Below, one piece after another: positions 1-8,826 of a DNA stretch of 22,730 bases (its first letter is position 1; each line of letters opens with the position of its first letter). Under the pieces are notes generated by a model, which had not been told where the DNA came from, ran no database searches, and saw only the letters and a program-made list of their open reading frames with translations. Origin of the DNA: a virus (Duplodnaviria; Heunggongvirae; Uroviricota; Caudoviricetes). The DNA lies in IMG/VR virus record IMGVR_UViG_2675903433_000018, positions 1-22,730 of that record. The stretch is one strand, 5' to 3'. Both the position numbers and the translations under genes were made by a program.

Positions 1-2
1 TG

Positions 3-119
3 TCAGCGAAAGAAGAGTTGGCTAATGAACCGTACCCGATTGATGGCCTGTCCGGTGAATATGCGGAGAAATCCCTTGAAGAATGGGCGGAACAGATTCG
101 CAAAGGAGCTGACAAGTGA
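3..119 (+). CDS. 3-prime end of an upstream gene (partial; continues left of the window)
   Basis: Frame open from the window edge to TGA at 117-119 (…EELANEPYPIDGLSGEYAEKSLEEWAEQIRKGADK*); its stop overlaps the GTG start of the next gene (GTGA). Confidence 0.35.
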   Translation, partial: SAKEELANEPYPIDGLSGEYAEKSLEEWAEQIRKGADK

Positions 120-526
120 AGAAGATGATTTTTGTCGCGGCATTGTTGGTGAATATCCAACAAGTGCATGCTTCAGCAGCTATTGTAGCCTCTACCGCCG
201 CGACTACGGCTGCTGTAGCTGCTGCGAACTCTGCGAATATCGCAAACCAACAGGCACAGCGTGCTGCTAATGCATCAGCCAGCGTTCACCCAATCACCAT
301 TAAGAGCAGTAAGCAAAATCTGGGATTCATAACGTGCGGCACGCGTTCTAATGAAGCTGTAGGCTCTCTGGGATGTACGGTATATGGCGATAGTGAGCGC
401 AGAGAAATTCCATGGAAAACGTGGCCCGGATACGTTCTCGGATCGAAGCTCCCTGCCAGCTACGAAGTAAATGCCGTATCGTTTGATCACTATAACGGCG
501 TGGCAACTGTCTATTTTACATACTGA
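116..526 (+). CDS. Secreted/periplasmic small protein with N-terminal signal peptide and Ala/Thr-rich linker
   Basis: ORF with AAGGAG RBS 7 nt upstream of GTG at 116; N-terminus MKKMIFVAALLVNIQQVHA-SAA looks like a Sec signal peptide; two Cys in the mature part. Confidence 0.55.
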   Translation: MKKMIFVAALLVNIQQVHASAAIVASTAATTAAVAAANSANIANQQAQRAANASASVHPITIKSSKQNLGFITCGTRSNEAVGSLGCTVYGDSERREIPWKTWPGYVLGSKLPASYEVNAVSFDHYNGVATVYFTY

Positions 527-534
527 GGCTCCGC

Positions 535-1218
535 ATGAAATTCTCCAAATTTTCTGAGTTGGTGAATCGTATTTTGTCCAACAACCACAGCCATCGTCGC
601 GATATGGATGTAACGATCGTTGTTCATTCGCCTGGCAGCATTGGTTCAACACCTTCAGTTGAGGTTCAGTCAATTCATGCTGGTTTTGATTGGGATTCCG
701 GGAAAGTGCTTATTTTCCCAGCACAGCCACTGACCACGCTAACACCAGAGCAGGTTGCTGATATCACTGATAGTGTGCGCAAAGGTCAGTCTTGGCACGC
801 ATATCAGGAATATAAAAAGCATAAAGAGCAGTTGGAAAAATTGTCGATTGAACTGGATGCTGCAAAACAGCGCGTAGCAGAACTGGAGGCCAGTCGCGTG
901 ACGCTGGCGGAGGAGAACTCGTGGCTGAAGATGCTCATAGAAGATCATGCTGGTTGTACTGCTGTCTGCCCAAATTGCTCTCATGAAGAACCCAGTGAAA
1001 CAGACGACATTGTTTGGTCTTACCGTTCACGGGAAACGCCAGCCACCGACGCTTTCCTGGCTGAAGTGCGGGCGCAGGCGTTTAATGACCTTTGCTCGGT
1101 GTTCGTTAAGGACGCGACGGTTGTCGGGCTGGACGATGGCGACATCGTTACGGTGAAAGAAGCGACGGACGCCCTGCTGCATTGTGCGGAACAGCTTCGC
1201 AAAGGAGGCAACCAGTGA
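535..1218 (+). CDS. Hypothetical protein with central coiled coil and a CxxC motif
   Basis: 227-aa ORF, GAGG RBS before ATG at 535; stop TGA overlaps the GTG start of the next gene. Confidence 0.55.
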   Translation: MKFSKFSELVNRILSNNHSHRRDMDVTIVVHSPGSIGSTPSVEVQSIHAGFDWDSGKVLIFPAQPLTTLTPEQVADITDSVRKGQSWHAYQEYKKHKEQLEKLSIELDAAKQRVAELEASRVTLAEENSWLKMLIEDHAGCTAVCPNCSHEEPSETDDIVWSYRSRETPATDAFLAEVRAQAFNDLCSVFVKDATVVGLDDGDIVTVKEATDALLHCAEQLRKGGNQ

Positions 1219-2027
1219 GCAAGATTGACTTTCAGGCACTGCGTGAAAAGGCAGAGAAAGCAACTAAAGGAAGCTACATCGTAGGGCATACATCTGTTAA
1301 CCAGCACGGCAATTTAACAGGAGTTTTTGTTTGTCAAAAATGGAAAGGAGAACCCGGTGGCGTAATTGCAGAATGTCACGTTAACTGCCTGGTTGAAACA
1401 GATGCTCAGGCTTATGCAAACGCTGAATTCATAGCAGAGGCCAATCCGGCTACCGTGCTGGCACTGCTGGATGAACGGGAAAGAAACCAGCAATACATCA
1501 AACGCCGCGACCAGGAGAACGAGGATATTGCTCTTACGGTTGGGAAGCTGAGAGTTGAGCTTGAGGAAGTAAAACAACACGCTGAAGAATTATCCGAAAC
1601 CAAGGCTGTTCGTAACCAATGGCGGCCAGATATTTGCCCAATAACCGGACGTGCATTTTTCATGTGGATTGAGCATCCAACATTGGGGAATGTGCCGACA
1701 TATGGTGGCCCATTAGATAGTTACACCATTCCAACAAAGGACGGTGACGGTGAGTTTTCATGTGAGCGTTACGATCATGATTTTGGCGGTTGGGTAGAAA
1801 GCGAATGTCTTGGGTTATATCTGATTGATGATAGAGAACAATGCAGGGTCTACGAACTGGAGGAACGCGTTAAGGAACTGGATGCTCGGGAAATATCGCT
1901 CCCGGAACGTAGCAGCATGCTTCATCGAACAGATTATCACGATGATTACCAAACGGTAATGGCATACAAAGTTTCTGAAGTCATCGCTGCAATCCGCGCC
2001 GCTGGCATTCGCATCAAAGGAGAGTGA
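1215..2027 (+). CDS. Ead/Ea22-like phage protein (family call from memory)
   Basis: AGGAGG RBS 7 nt upstream of GTG at 1215 (the ORF track starts at 1182, but 1215 is coupled to the upstream stop); coiled-coil middle and C-terminal region reminiscent of Ead/Ea22-like prophage proteins. Confidence 0.55.
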   Translation: MSKIDFQALREKAEKATKGSYIVGHTSVNQHGNLTGVFVCQKWKGEPGGVIAECHVNCLVETDAQAYANAEFIAEANPATVLALLDERERNQQYIKRRDQENEDIALTVGKLRVELEEVKQHAEELSETKAVRNQWRPDICPITGRAFFMWIEHPTLGNVPTYGGPLDSYTIPTKDGDGEFSCERYDHDFGGWVESECLGLYLIDDREQCRVYELEERVKELDAREISLPERSSMLHRTDYHDDYQTVMAYKVSEVIAAIRAAGIRIKGE

Positions 2028-2028
2028 T

Positions 2029-2646
2029 ATGAGCGCTATAACCAAAGAACGTATCAAATTATTCATTAAAAATCCGCTTGATAACGGACTTACTCGTGGC
2101 GAACAAATGGAACTGGCACGAATTGCACTGGCATCACTGGAACGCGAACAGATTCGCCACGAGCATGCCAAATGGTCTGACTCCACATTTGGCTGCGTTG
2201 GCCCCATTGGTCCGCTGAAACATCTCTCAAAAGAGGCACTGGAAGCCGCAGCCGAACCAGACGATCTTGGCGAGTGGGCTGATATGCAGTTTCTGTTGTG
2301 GGATGCACAGCGCCGTGCTGGCATCAGCGATGCTGAAATTACCGCTGCTATGGAAGATAAATTGAAGATCAACATGAAGCGCCAGTGGCCTGAACCAAAA
2401 GATGGTGAGCCTCGCTTGCACATTAAAGAACCCGGCAACTCTCCGGTAACTCCGGATGGTTGGATAAGCTGTAGTGAGCGAATGCCACCTCAAGATGATT
2501 GGATTTTAATTTATTCAAAGCACGGCGAGTATATGGCAGGACAGGTACAAGGGGAATACGTGGAGTTGAGCGACGGCACTTTATCGTGGTTAGGGAACGC
2601 CTTGTTCTGGATGCCGCTACCAGAACCGCCGCAGGAGGCGAAATGA
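2029..2646 (+). CDS. DUF551-like domain protein
   Basis: AAGGAG RBS before ATG at 2029; C-terminus WISCSERMPP…LFWMPLPEPP resembles the DUF551 signature common in enterobacterial phages. Confidence 0.6.
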   Translation: MSAITKERIKLFIKNPLDNGLTRGEQMELARIALASLEREQIRHEHAKWSDSTFGCVGPIGPLKHLSKEALEAAAEPDDLGEWADMQFLLWDAQRRAGISDAEITAAMEDKLKINMKRQWPEPKDGEPRLHIKEPGNSPVTPDGWISCSERMPPQDDWILIYSKHGEYMAGQVQGEYVELSDGTLSWLGNALFWMPLPEPPQEAK

Positions 2647-2903
2647 TGGATGTAAAAGAGAAGGTTTTGCAGGTGATGCGTTCCCGGGCTGCCCTGCAAG
2701 ATAAAGCTCTCGGCGGGGAATATCCATTCAGGATGGCAACCTGGAATCTGCGGTTGGCAATGGAGAAGGAATTTCCTGATGAAGAATGGCGTTCGGCAGA
2801 TTTGCGCAAAATTCTTATGGAGCTGGCTAAAGACGGAACAGTATCCAAAGATACCCATGCCAGCCGGATTGGTCAGGCGGTATGGAGACTGGAGGTGAGG
2901 TAA
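2643..2903 (+). CDS. Hypothetical small protein
   Basis: AGGAGG RBS, ATG at 2643 overlapping the upstream stop (ATGA); the long ORF-track entry from 2499 overlaps the preceding gene and is probably an over-extension. Confidence 0.5.
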   Translation: MMDVKEKVLQVMRSRAALQDKALGGEYPFRMATWNLRLAMEKEFPDEEWRSADLRKILMELAKDGTVSKDTHASRIGQAVWRLEVR

Positions 2904-3184
2904 TGGCTAACCTGCAACTTGCCGTTAAAGGTGAATACTTCGATGCCATGATTCGCGGGGAGAAAACGGAAGAGTATCGCCTGTGTAATGACTACTGGAA
3001 TAAGCGCCTCGTTAACTGTAAGTATGACCGCCTGATTATCACAAAGGGATATCCGAAGCGCGAAGACTTCAGTCGCAGAATTGACGTCCCGTATAACGGA
3101 TATGAAATAAAAACAATCACACATCCACACTTCGGTGATAAACCGGTAAAGGTGTTCGCGATAAAAGTGAAGATTAATAGCTAA
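2903..3184 (+). CDS. Hypothetical small protein
   Basis: GGAGGTGAGG RBS, ATG at 2903 overlapping the upstream stop (TAATG). Confidence 0.5.
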   Translation: MANLQLAVKGEYFDAMIRGEKTEEYRLCNDYWNKRLVNCKYDRLIITKGYPKREDFSRRIDVPYNGYEIKTITHPHFGDKPVKVFAIKVKINS

Positions 3185-3207
3185 ATTTCAATTAACACGG
3201 AGTAATT

Positions 3208-3501
3208 ATGTGGCGCGGTAATAATCATGGCGGAAGTCAGATGATACTTACCGAATATACGTTCGACCACAAAACCAATAAATCACGTTCAGTATATTTG
3301 CTTCGGCACAATAGCCGCGTAAGAAATACCGTTCTGGAGCAAAATCTGACCGTTGAAATGGATAATTTGGGAAACTTCAAGCCAACAATATCGCTTGATG
3401 ATTTTCCGTGTGGTTTAAGCGAAAGAGAAGCAATGCTGAAATTAGCAGAATGGCTACAAAGATTAAGCATTGCTATTGAAGATAACTGGCCTGAACCTTA
3501 A
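3208..3501 (+). CDS. Hypothetical small protein
   Basis: 97-aa ORF in the same plus-strand gene array; start could alternatively be the internal ATG at 3241. Confidence 0.45.
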   Translation: MWRGNNHGGSQMILTEYTFDHKTNKSRSVYLLRHNSRVRNTVLEQNLTVEMDNLGNFKPTISLDDFPCGLSEREAMLKLAEWLQRLSIAIEDNWPEP

Positions 3502-3507
3502 ATTAAT

Positions 3508-3882
3508 ATGATGACACTAAAACATTTTCTTGACCGCCCATTATGGGCGGCAGCCGCAGGCTATGACTTTAATTATATGGATTGCATGTCTTATACTGCC
3601 AATGCATACGACCATTCGTTCAGCCTGCTGTTTAATTCTTTAAGAATATTGCCGGAAACAGAAGTTGGAGAGCTTCATTTATGGATATTGGGCTTTATCG
3701 CGGCTGGAGTTGGTATTGCCGTATGGCCTTTTATTTTCTGGCTGGTGGCTGTTGTAGTGTGGTTTAAGTGCAAGACGTACCGGAAAAAGTATTTCTTAGG
3801 TGATGGAATGACTGATATTGCCAAAATGAACATTGAAAAATGGACTAAGGAATGTGAAAAGAAATGGCGCAAAAAGAAATGA
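3508..3882 (+). CDS. Small membrane protein (hydrophobic helices, Lys-rich C-terminus)
   Basis: 124-aa ORF; segment LWILGFIAAGVGIAVWPFIFWLVAVVVWF is transmembrane-like; weak RBS, so start is uncertain. Confidence 0.4.
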   Translation: MMTLKHFLDRPLWAAAAGYDFNYMDCMSYTANAYDHSFSLLFNSLRILPETEVGELHLWILGFIAAGVGIAVWPFIFWLVAVVVWFKCKTYRKKYFLGDGMTDIAKMNIEKWTKECEKKWRKKK

Positions 3883-4553
3883 CTACTCTAACGACAGCAT
3901 ACTTACAGCAATTGGTATTTTTTGCAGGCGAGGCTACTTGTCATCCTGACGCAAACTATTTATTGGAATTTGAGAGGTTAGCGTCACCCGGTATCGTTCT
4001 GGAACTGGCCCAACAGGTGCTGGCCTTGAGACAAAAAGAGCAACATGAAAGTAATACGTGTAGATTGAATTTTGAGCAGTGGCTGGAACAGCAACGCGGA
4101 AAAATCGATGTGGACTGTGGTTGTGTGTCCACTGAAACATTCATGCACTGGCTGCGGGTAGCTTACGAGGCTGGCAACTATCCGGATATTCCGGATATTC
4201 CGGATAGTTCGGTGCCAGCGCCAGGAAAGGGCGTCACAGGTGAACGTATCCGCATTAAGCCGCATGTTTATCGCGAACTGGTTAACCGTCTCCACGATAC
4301 AGCGATCAAGTGTGCAGGCACCCAGCAATTACGAGAAAGAATTAGCCGTGTTTTGGGCGACGTTATTACGCCAGACCATCATAAACAAGCCGAGAAAAGT
4401 GACCTAGAAAGGTGTCACCTTGAGGCGGCATTAAACATTAAGCCGGGGCATACGCTTGGCATTATCGATGCTCTGTTGGTTCATAAGATGGCCAGGGCTT
4501 TATTGCCGCTGGTGGCTGAAAAGCATGAGGCGGACCATGCCAACGAAAGCTGA
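3879..4553 (+). CDS. Hypothetical protein containing a PDIPDIPD repeat
   Basis: ORF 3864-4553; the ATG at 3879 overlaps the upstream stop (ATGA), suggesting coupled translation; contains a 9-bp tandem repeat at 4183-4208. Confidence 0.45.
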   Translation: MTTLTTAYLQQLVFFAGEATCHPDANYLLEFERLASPGIVLELAQQVLALRQKEQHESNTCRLNFEQWLEQQRGKIDVDCGCVSTETFMHWLRVAYEAGNYPDIPDIPDSSVPAPGKGVTGERIRIKPHVYRELVNRLHDTAIKCAGTQQLRERISRVLGDVITPDHHKQAEKSDLERCHLEAALNIKPGHTLGIIDALLVHKMARALLPLVAEKHEADHANES

Positions 4554-4821
4554 GTTACAGGCGCGCATAGATATTCTTGAAAAAGAGAATGCGAGTCTAA
4601 AAGGAATGCTGGCGCGGGCGGAAAGGGAATTATCAGGCAAATTATTGCCAGAAGAGCTGCCACCAGCAGATATACCTGATCGAGTGTCCTGGTGGATGAA
4701 GTATTTCCGTGCACCGTGGGAGGCGTTTTGGTGCTACGACCATCGCAGATGGTGTGATGAGCTTGATAGCAGTTTCCCCTATTTTGCGGAAGGGAACTCT
4801 TGCCCTGAATGTAGGAGTTAA
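4537..4821 (+). CDS. Small coiled-coil protein with C-terminal Cys/His motif (paralog A)
   Basis: ATG at 4537 (alternative at 4525); C-terminus WWMKYFRAPWEAFWCYDHRRWCDELDSSFPYFAEGNSCPECRS is paralogous to the next gene. Confidence 0.5.
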   Translation: MPTKAELQARIDILEKENASLKGMLARAERELSGKLLPEELPPADIPDRVSWWMKYFRAPWEAFWCYDHRRWCDELDSSFPYFAEGNSCPECRS

Positions 4822-5126
4822 TGATGACCGGCGAGCTTTATTTTAAAATGGCACGGGAGCGGCGTGTGCATCTGGATCGGATATTTCATCTCCAGAAGAG
4901 AGTAGAAGAACTGGAACGTCGTCTGAACTGTTATCCTGTTGATATGGTGTCTGCAATACCGCCGATTCCAATAGAAATGCAGATCCGCCTATGGATGGAA
5001 GAATATGGAATGCCGTGGGAGATATTTTTCTGCTTCGACCATAAACAGTGGGTAGATGAGCTGGATAATAGTTTCCCATATTTCACAGAGAACACATGCC
5101 CAGTATGCAGGAAGAACGGAATATGA
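4821..5126 (+). CDS. Small coiled-coil protein with C-terminal Cys/His motif (paralog B)
   Basis: AGGAG RBS, ATG at 4821 overlapping the upstream stop (TAATG); C-terminus RLWMEEYGMPWEIFFCFDHKQWVDELDNSFPYFTENTCPVCRK. Confidence 0.55.
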   Translation: MMTGELYFKMARERRVHLDRIFHLQKRVEELERRLNCYPVDMVSAIPPIPIEMQIRLWMEEYGMPWEIFFCFDHKQWVDELDNSFPYFTENTCPVCRKNGI

Positions 5127-5647
5127 CAAAATTTGGAAAGCTGGAAGCTCATTTGCTAACTCGTAACTACCGCCATGATATACACCCATATAGACAGTGG
5201 ATCGATGAAAGTGAAGGAGTAGTTACATTCCCTCTATACAGGTTTGATGGGATGTTGGCTGGGTATCAGACATATAGACCAGGTGCTCCTAAGCAGCATA
5301 GCAATCCGAAGATGGCCCGGTATTTCACGCGATCACATGGCAGACAGTTACTTTGGGGAACCTATCTTCCTTTAAAAGATGGCCCAATATGGATAACTGA
5401 GTCTATTTTTAAGAGCGCAGCTGTACACAACGCGGGCGGCAATTCGTGGGCGCTGTTAGGTTCGACTTTCTCCGCAGGATTACGCCGTCAACTTGCGATG
5501 CTGCCGTATGACTTTCGTGTAATAGGTGACAATGATGCGGCTGGTGAATTACTTGTGAAGTCTTTCGGAAAAGGTTTTGTGGCCCCGGATCTTGACGAGC
5601 TACAACCACATGAAGTGTCTCATTTGATTTTTAGCCATAGCCAATAA
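5123..5647 (+). CDS. Toprim-like domain protein
   Basis: ATG at 5123 overlaps the upstream stop (ATGA); contains a conserved Glu (…WITESIF…) and a DxD motif (…VIGDNDAAGE…) typical of Toprim folds. Confidence 0.5.
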   Translation: MTKFGKLEAHLLTRNYRHDIHPYRQWIDESEGVVTFPLYRFDGMLAGYQTYRPGAPKQHSNPKMARYFTRSHGRQLLWGTYLPLKDGPIWITESIFKSAAVHNAGGNSWALLGSTFSAGLRRQLAMLPYDFRVIGDNDAAGELLVKSFGKGFVAPDLDELQPHEVSHLIFSHSQ

Positions 5648-5660
5648 GCATCTCTCCCCT

Positions 5661-5685
5661 TTAAGGCCACAATTAGTGGCCTTAA
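5661..5685. terminator. Hairpin between convergent genes (possible bidirectional terminator)
   Basis: TTAAGGCCAC-aatta-GTGGCCTTAA, a 10-bp perfect stem, between the plus-strand operon end (5647) and the minus-strand gene ending at 5708. Confidence 0.4.
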
Positions 5686-5707
5686 ACAATGTGTTTTCTA
5701 CCTCGAT

Positions 5708-5923
5708 TTAGCCTCTATTATCGTTTTGCATTTCTCTAATCCGGTTCAGAACTACTTCATGCTGGGCTTGGATAGCGGCTTTTTCGTTTTCAAGTCGGGC
5801 AATAGACATCTCTAATTCTTTGCTGTACCAGGCGAGTTGGGCCAGGTTCATCCGGTTGTGGTCGAGAGTTGGAGACACTTCGACGCGATCCCTTTCTTCC
5901 TGCTTTAATGAGAAGAGATTCAT
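5708..5923 (-). CDS. Small coiled-coil protein; positional candidate for P1 hot (theta-subunit homolog), similarity weak
   Basis: 71-aa minus-strand ORF directly downstream of the lxr-like gene; weak resemblance to HolE (SLKQEERDRVEV vs the theta E-DKVNVDL region). Confidence 0.4.
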   Translation of the reverse strand: MNLFSLKQEERDRVEVSPTLDHNRMNLAQLAWYSKELEMSIARLENEKAAIQAQHEVVLNRIREMQNDNRG

Positions 5924-5953
5924 CTCATCCCTTGAGGAAAATTCAGCAACAAT

Positions 5954-6289
5954 TTATTGTTGATGATCCGGTCGCTGCGGCATCCTCGCCAGTATAAATG
6001 GCGGTTCTTTTGAAAACATGAATGTCGGTTCAGACCGTGTTTTTACCCAGCTTGCCTGCTGTCTTTCGGCAAGTTCACAGGCTTCATCATAGTTATTTGC
6101 CAAACCAAGCACGGATGGACGGTCCCACGCGCCACCATTCAGACAATAAACAACAATTTTCCCGTCATGTTCTGTAACCCCATAGGGATGGTCCCACCAG
6201 GCGTCCAGCTGAGCTTTAGAGCGTTTCTCGTTAGGAGTGCAGTCAAAATTTTTGGGCAATACAGGATCGAGAGGAATGCGATTAGGCAT
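5954..6289 (-). CDS. lxr: LexA-regulated protein (P1 lxr-like), divergent from humD
   Basis: 111-aa minus-strand ORF whose upstream region shares the LexA box at 6426-6445 with humD; position matches the P1 hot-lxr-humD arrangement as I recall it. Confidence 0.5.
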   Translation of the reverse strand: MPNRIPLDPVLPKNFDCTPNEKRSKAQLDAWWDHPYGVTEHDGKIVVYCLNGGAWDRPSVLGLANNYDEACELAERQQASWVKTRSEPTFMFSKEPPFILARMPQRPDHQQ

Positions 6290-6425
6290 AGCTAATTCCT
6301 TATTAACTGATTGGCAACGAGGTTACGCTGATCCCGCGGTGATGAATAGTAGCAAAGCGCACAAAAATCATCAGCGGTGGTTGATGTACATAACGCGTTT
6401 GCACCAAAGGTGCTTCTTTAATGTA

Positions 6426-6445
6426 TACTGTACAGATAAACAGTA
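6426..6445. promoter_or_regulatory. LexA box (SOS operator) between the divergent lxr-like gene and humD
   Basis: TACTGTACAGATAAACAGTA matches the CTGT-N8-ACAG core and the TACTGT…ACAGTA consensus; lies 19 bp upstream of the humD ATG. Confidence 0.7.
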
Positions 6446-6463
6446 TTTTTGAGGTAAAACGCT

Positions 6464-6853
6464 ATGGGTTTCCCTTCTCCTGCGGCGGATTATGTTGAAA
6501 GCCGAATTTCTCTTGATCAGCAGATAATTAGACATCCATCAGCAACCTACTTCATGCGGGCAGCTGATAGCCATCACCGTGAGGGAATATTGCAGGGTGC
6601 TTTGCTGGTGGTTGATTCCTCGCTTACTCCGGTTGATGGTTCTCTGCTTGTGTGCGCTATGGAGGGTGAATATCGCATAAAGAGATACAGGAAGTATCCG
6701 CGCCAGCACCTGGAGGATTTAAGCACCGGGAAGAAAGAGGCGTTACCAGTAGATGACGATGGTTACACGGGTAGTAATGCTGTTTTTGGTGTGATCACTC
6801 ATGTCATCAATGATGCCCGAAGTGGGGAATTTGATGATTGTCCGGTGATTTAA
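6464..6853 (+). CDS. humD: HumD, UmuD-prime homolog (translesion synthesis accessory)
   Basis: 129-aa protein matches P1 HumD / UmuD-prime-like sequence from memory; GAGG RBS; LexA box upstream. Confidence 0.85.
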   Translation: MGFPSPAADYVESRISLDQQIIRHPSATYFMRAADSHHREGILQGALLVVDSSLTPVDGSLLVCAMEGEYRIKRYRKYPRQHLEDLSTGKKEALPVDDDGYTGSNAVFGVITHVINDARSGEFDDCPVI

Positions 6854-6925
6854 GCTGCAAAGTGCTGGTGCTTTATGCCTGTGAAGTTTATAATTGTGTA
6901 CACATAACGAGTACACGAGGTGTTT

Positions 6926-7147
6926 ATGCAATCCATTAACTTCCGTACCGCGCGTGGCAACCTTTCTGAAGTGCTCAACAATGTTGAAGCCGGGGAAGAG
7001 GTTGAAATCACCCGCAGAGGCCGTGAGCCAGCAGTAATTGTTAGCAAGGCTACTTTTGAAGCCTACAAAAAAGCGGCGCTGGATGCCGAATTTGCATCCC
7101 TGTTTGACACCCTGGACTCCACCAACAAGGAACTGGTTAACCGATAA
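6926..7147 (+). CDS. phd: Phd antitoxin (prevents host death)
   Basis: 73-aa product [73 protein letters not shown] matches P1 Phd; the ORF track starts at GTG 6920, the true start is probably ATG 6926. Confidence 0.9.
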
Positions 7148-7527
7148 TGAGGCATATATCACCGGAAGAACTTATTGCGCTTCATGATGCGAATATAAGC
7201 CGCTACGGTGGCCTGCCGGGAATGTCAGATCCGGGTAGGGCAGAGGCCATTATCGGGAGAGTTCAGGCCAGAGTTGCCTACGAAGAGATCAGCGACCTTT
7301 TCGAAGTCTCCGCCACCTACCTGGTGGCTACAGCGAGAGGGCATATATTCAATGATGCCAATAAGCGTACCGCGCTAAACAGTGCGCTGTTATTTCTACG
7401 CCGTAACGGGGTGCAGGTATTTGATACACCTGAACTGGCAGACCTTACCGTAGGGGCTGCGACCGGAGAGATATCTGTATCTTCTGTCGCCGACACGTTA
7501 CGTAGATTGTATGGTTCCGCGGAGTAG
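7147..7527 (+). CDS. doc: Doc toxin (death on curing; Fic-family kinase)
   Basis: 126-aa product [25 protein letters not shown]… matches P1 Doc; ATG overlaps the phd stop (TAATG). Confidence 0.9.
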
Positions 7528-7531
7528 ATTA

Positions 7532-7711
7532 ATGGCACGTAAATACAACAAATTGTCCCGTGAAGCGTTAAAGATGCTTCTTGATGGCGTGAGTCGCCGC
7601 GAGGTAAAGCAATACCTGGTTGGTAAGCAAATTGGTGCCAGGACCGCTATTGCTGTGTTATGCCGTCAGGAAATGGTAGTGCTTAAACAGAGAATGCCGG
7701 GCAGCAGATAA
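7532..7711 (+). CDS. Small post-doc region protein (P1 pdc-like)
   Basis: GGAG RBS before ATG at 7532 (ORF track starts at 7511); position immediately downstream of doc. Confidence 0.55.
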   Translation: MARKYNKLSREALKMLLDGVSRREVKQYLVGKQIGARTAIAVLCRQEMVVLKQRMPGSR

Positions 7712-7738
7712 AGCCCAATCAGTGATGAAAGGTGTGAT

Positions 7739-8782
7739 GTGAAAGCCGTAATTACTCCCTTTGTACAAAAAGAGCTTGGCGTCGCCACATTCAAAGTGGA
7801 TCAGGAAGTCAGAAAGCTGGTGGAGGCTGGCCGTAAATTTATTATGGAGCCGGTGCCGCGTGAGTTAATCGAGCACATGGACGACGGCCTCGTTGTTTCC
7901 GAGCAAACTATGGCAACAAATGAGGCGTTGCAGCCGTTTTTTAACAGCGATGAACTGTTTCGCCGTATTGGTGGAATTGACGCGCTGGTGGCGTGGTTGC
8001 GCAGGAAAGAGGGGCAATGCCAGGCCGCAGATCGTAGCTGGTGTGACAACCATATTGTCCACGCAGAACGAGACAATAGCGCGGTGTTGTTGTGCTGGCA
8101 TCACGATAACCATTACCGGATGCGTGGTTTTAATGAGCTGAAAGAAACGCTGCATAATAATCGCGTTAACTGGATACTGGATGTCGCCCGTCAGGAAATG
8201 GGGCTTTCAGATGGCCATGATTTAAGTATTCAGGAACTGTGCTGGTGGGCTTTCATGCGCAACATGATGCACCTGATGCCGGAAGAAGTTTGCCGTATAT
8301 CAATAAATAAGATGAAAGCCGCAACGCAGGATAGCGGACCTCTGAAAGAGGCGGATATTCGCCCGTATGACGATCGCGCTACAGCATATGTTCAGATGAT
8401 GGAAGAACGCGCCGCGCCGATGCGTGCAAAAGTATGCCCTGTGGATGTTGACTCCGACCCTGGCATGGCGCATTTCAAAATACCAAAACTGCAATCGCTA
8501 AAATTACCTGAGTACATGGACTTTGTTGCTTCCCGTCCATGCTGTGGGTGTGGAGCTGCGGGAGCTGGCGCTCACATTACGCCTTATATCGTTCGTCATA
8601 GTCGATTATGCGCGCATGACATTTACGCAATTCCTCTGTGCCAGTCATGCCAGCGTGATATTGAGCGTGACCGCGATAATTGGGAGAAGACGCACGGTAG
8701 GCTGGCGATGCATCAACGATTGTTCTTTGATTACGCGCTTGGAGTCGGCGCTATCACAAGTCACTCGTCGAGCGTTAGATAA
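7739..8782 (+). CDS. Post-doc region protein (P1 pdc-like) with Cys-rich C-terminal segment
   Basis: 347-aa ORF starting GTG 7739; Cys cluster …[40 protein letters not shown]… suggests metal binding. Confidence 0.6.
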   Translation: MKAVITPFVQKELGVATFKVDQEVRKLVEAGRKFIMEPVPRELIEHMDDGLVVSEQTMATNEALQPFFNSDELFRRIGGIDALVAWLRRKEGQCQAADRSWCDNHIVHAERDNSAVLLCWHHDNHYRMRGFNELKETLHNNRVNWILDVARQEMGLSDGHDLSIQELCWWAFMRNMMHLMPEEVCRISINKMKAATQDSGPLKEADIRPYDDRATAYVQMMEERAAPMRAKVCPVDVDSDPGMAHFKIPKLQSLKLPEYMDFVASRPCCGCGAAGAGAHITPYIVRHSRLCAHDIYAIPLCQSCQRDIERDRDNWEKTHGRLAMHQRLFFDYALGVGAITSHSSSVR

Positions 8783-8783
8783 A

Positions 8784-8826
8784 ATTGCTCTAATGTATTG
8801 CTATTTATTTAATCGAGGGTATTATA
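8784..8826 (+). promoter_or_regulatory. C1-operator-like site overlapping a candidate promoter upstream of lpa
   Basis: ATTGCTCTAATGTATTG (8784-8800) matches the remembered C1 operator consensus ATTGCTCTAATAAATTT at 14/17; possible -35 TTGCTA and -10 TATTAT follow. Confidence 0.45.

Noticed and set aside
25-270. 81-aa plus-strand ORF at the window start
   Set aside because: It overlaps the better-supported partial gene (3-119) and the signal-peptide gene (116-526) in another frame, and has Cys/Arg-rich low-complexity composition.
275-5189. Numerous minus-strand ORFs of 60-200 aa overlapping the plus-strand operon (for example 1815-2438, 2423-2848, 3984-4328)
   Set aside because: They are antisense to a continuous array of coupled plus-strand genes with RBSs, lack RBSs of their own, and have Ser/Arg/Cys-rich composition typical of spurious antisense frames.
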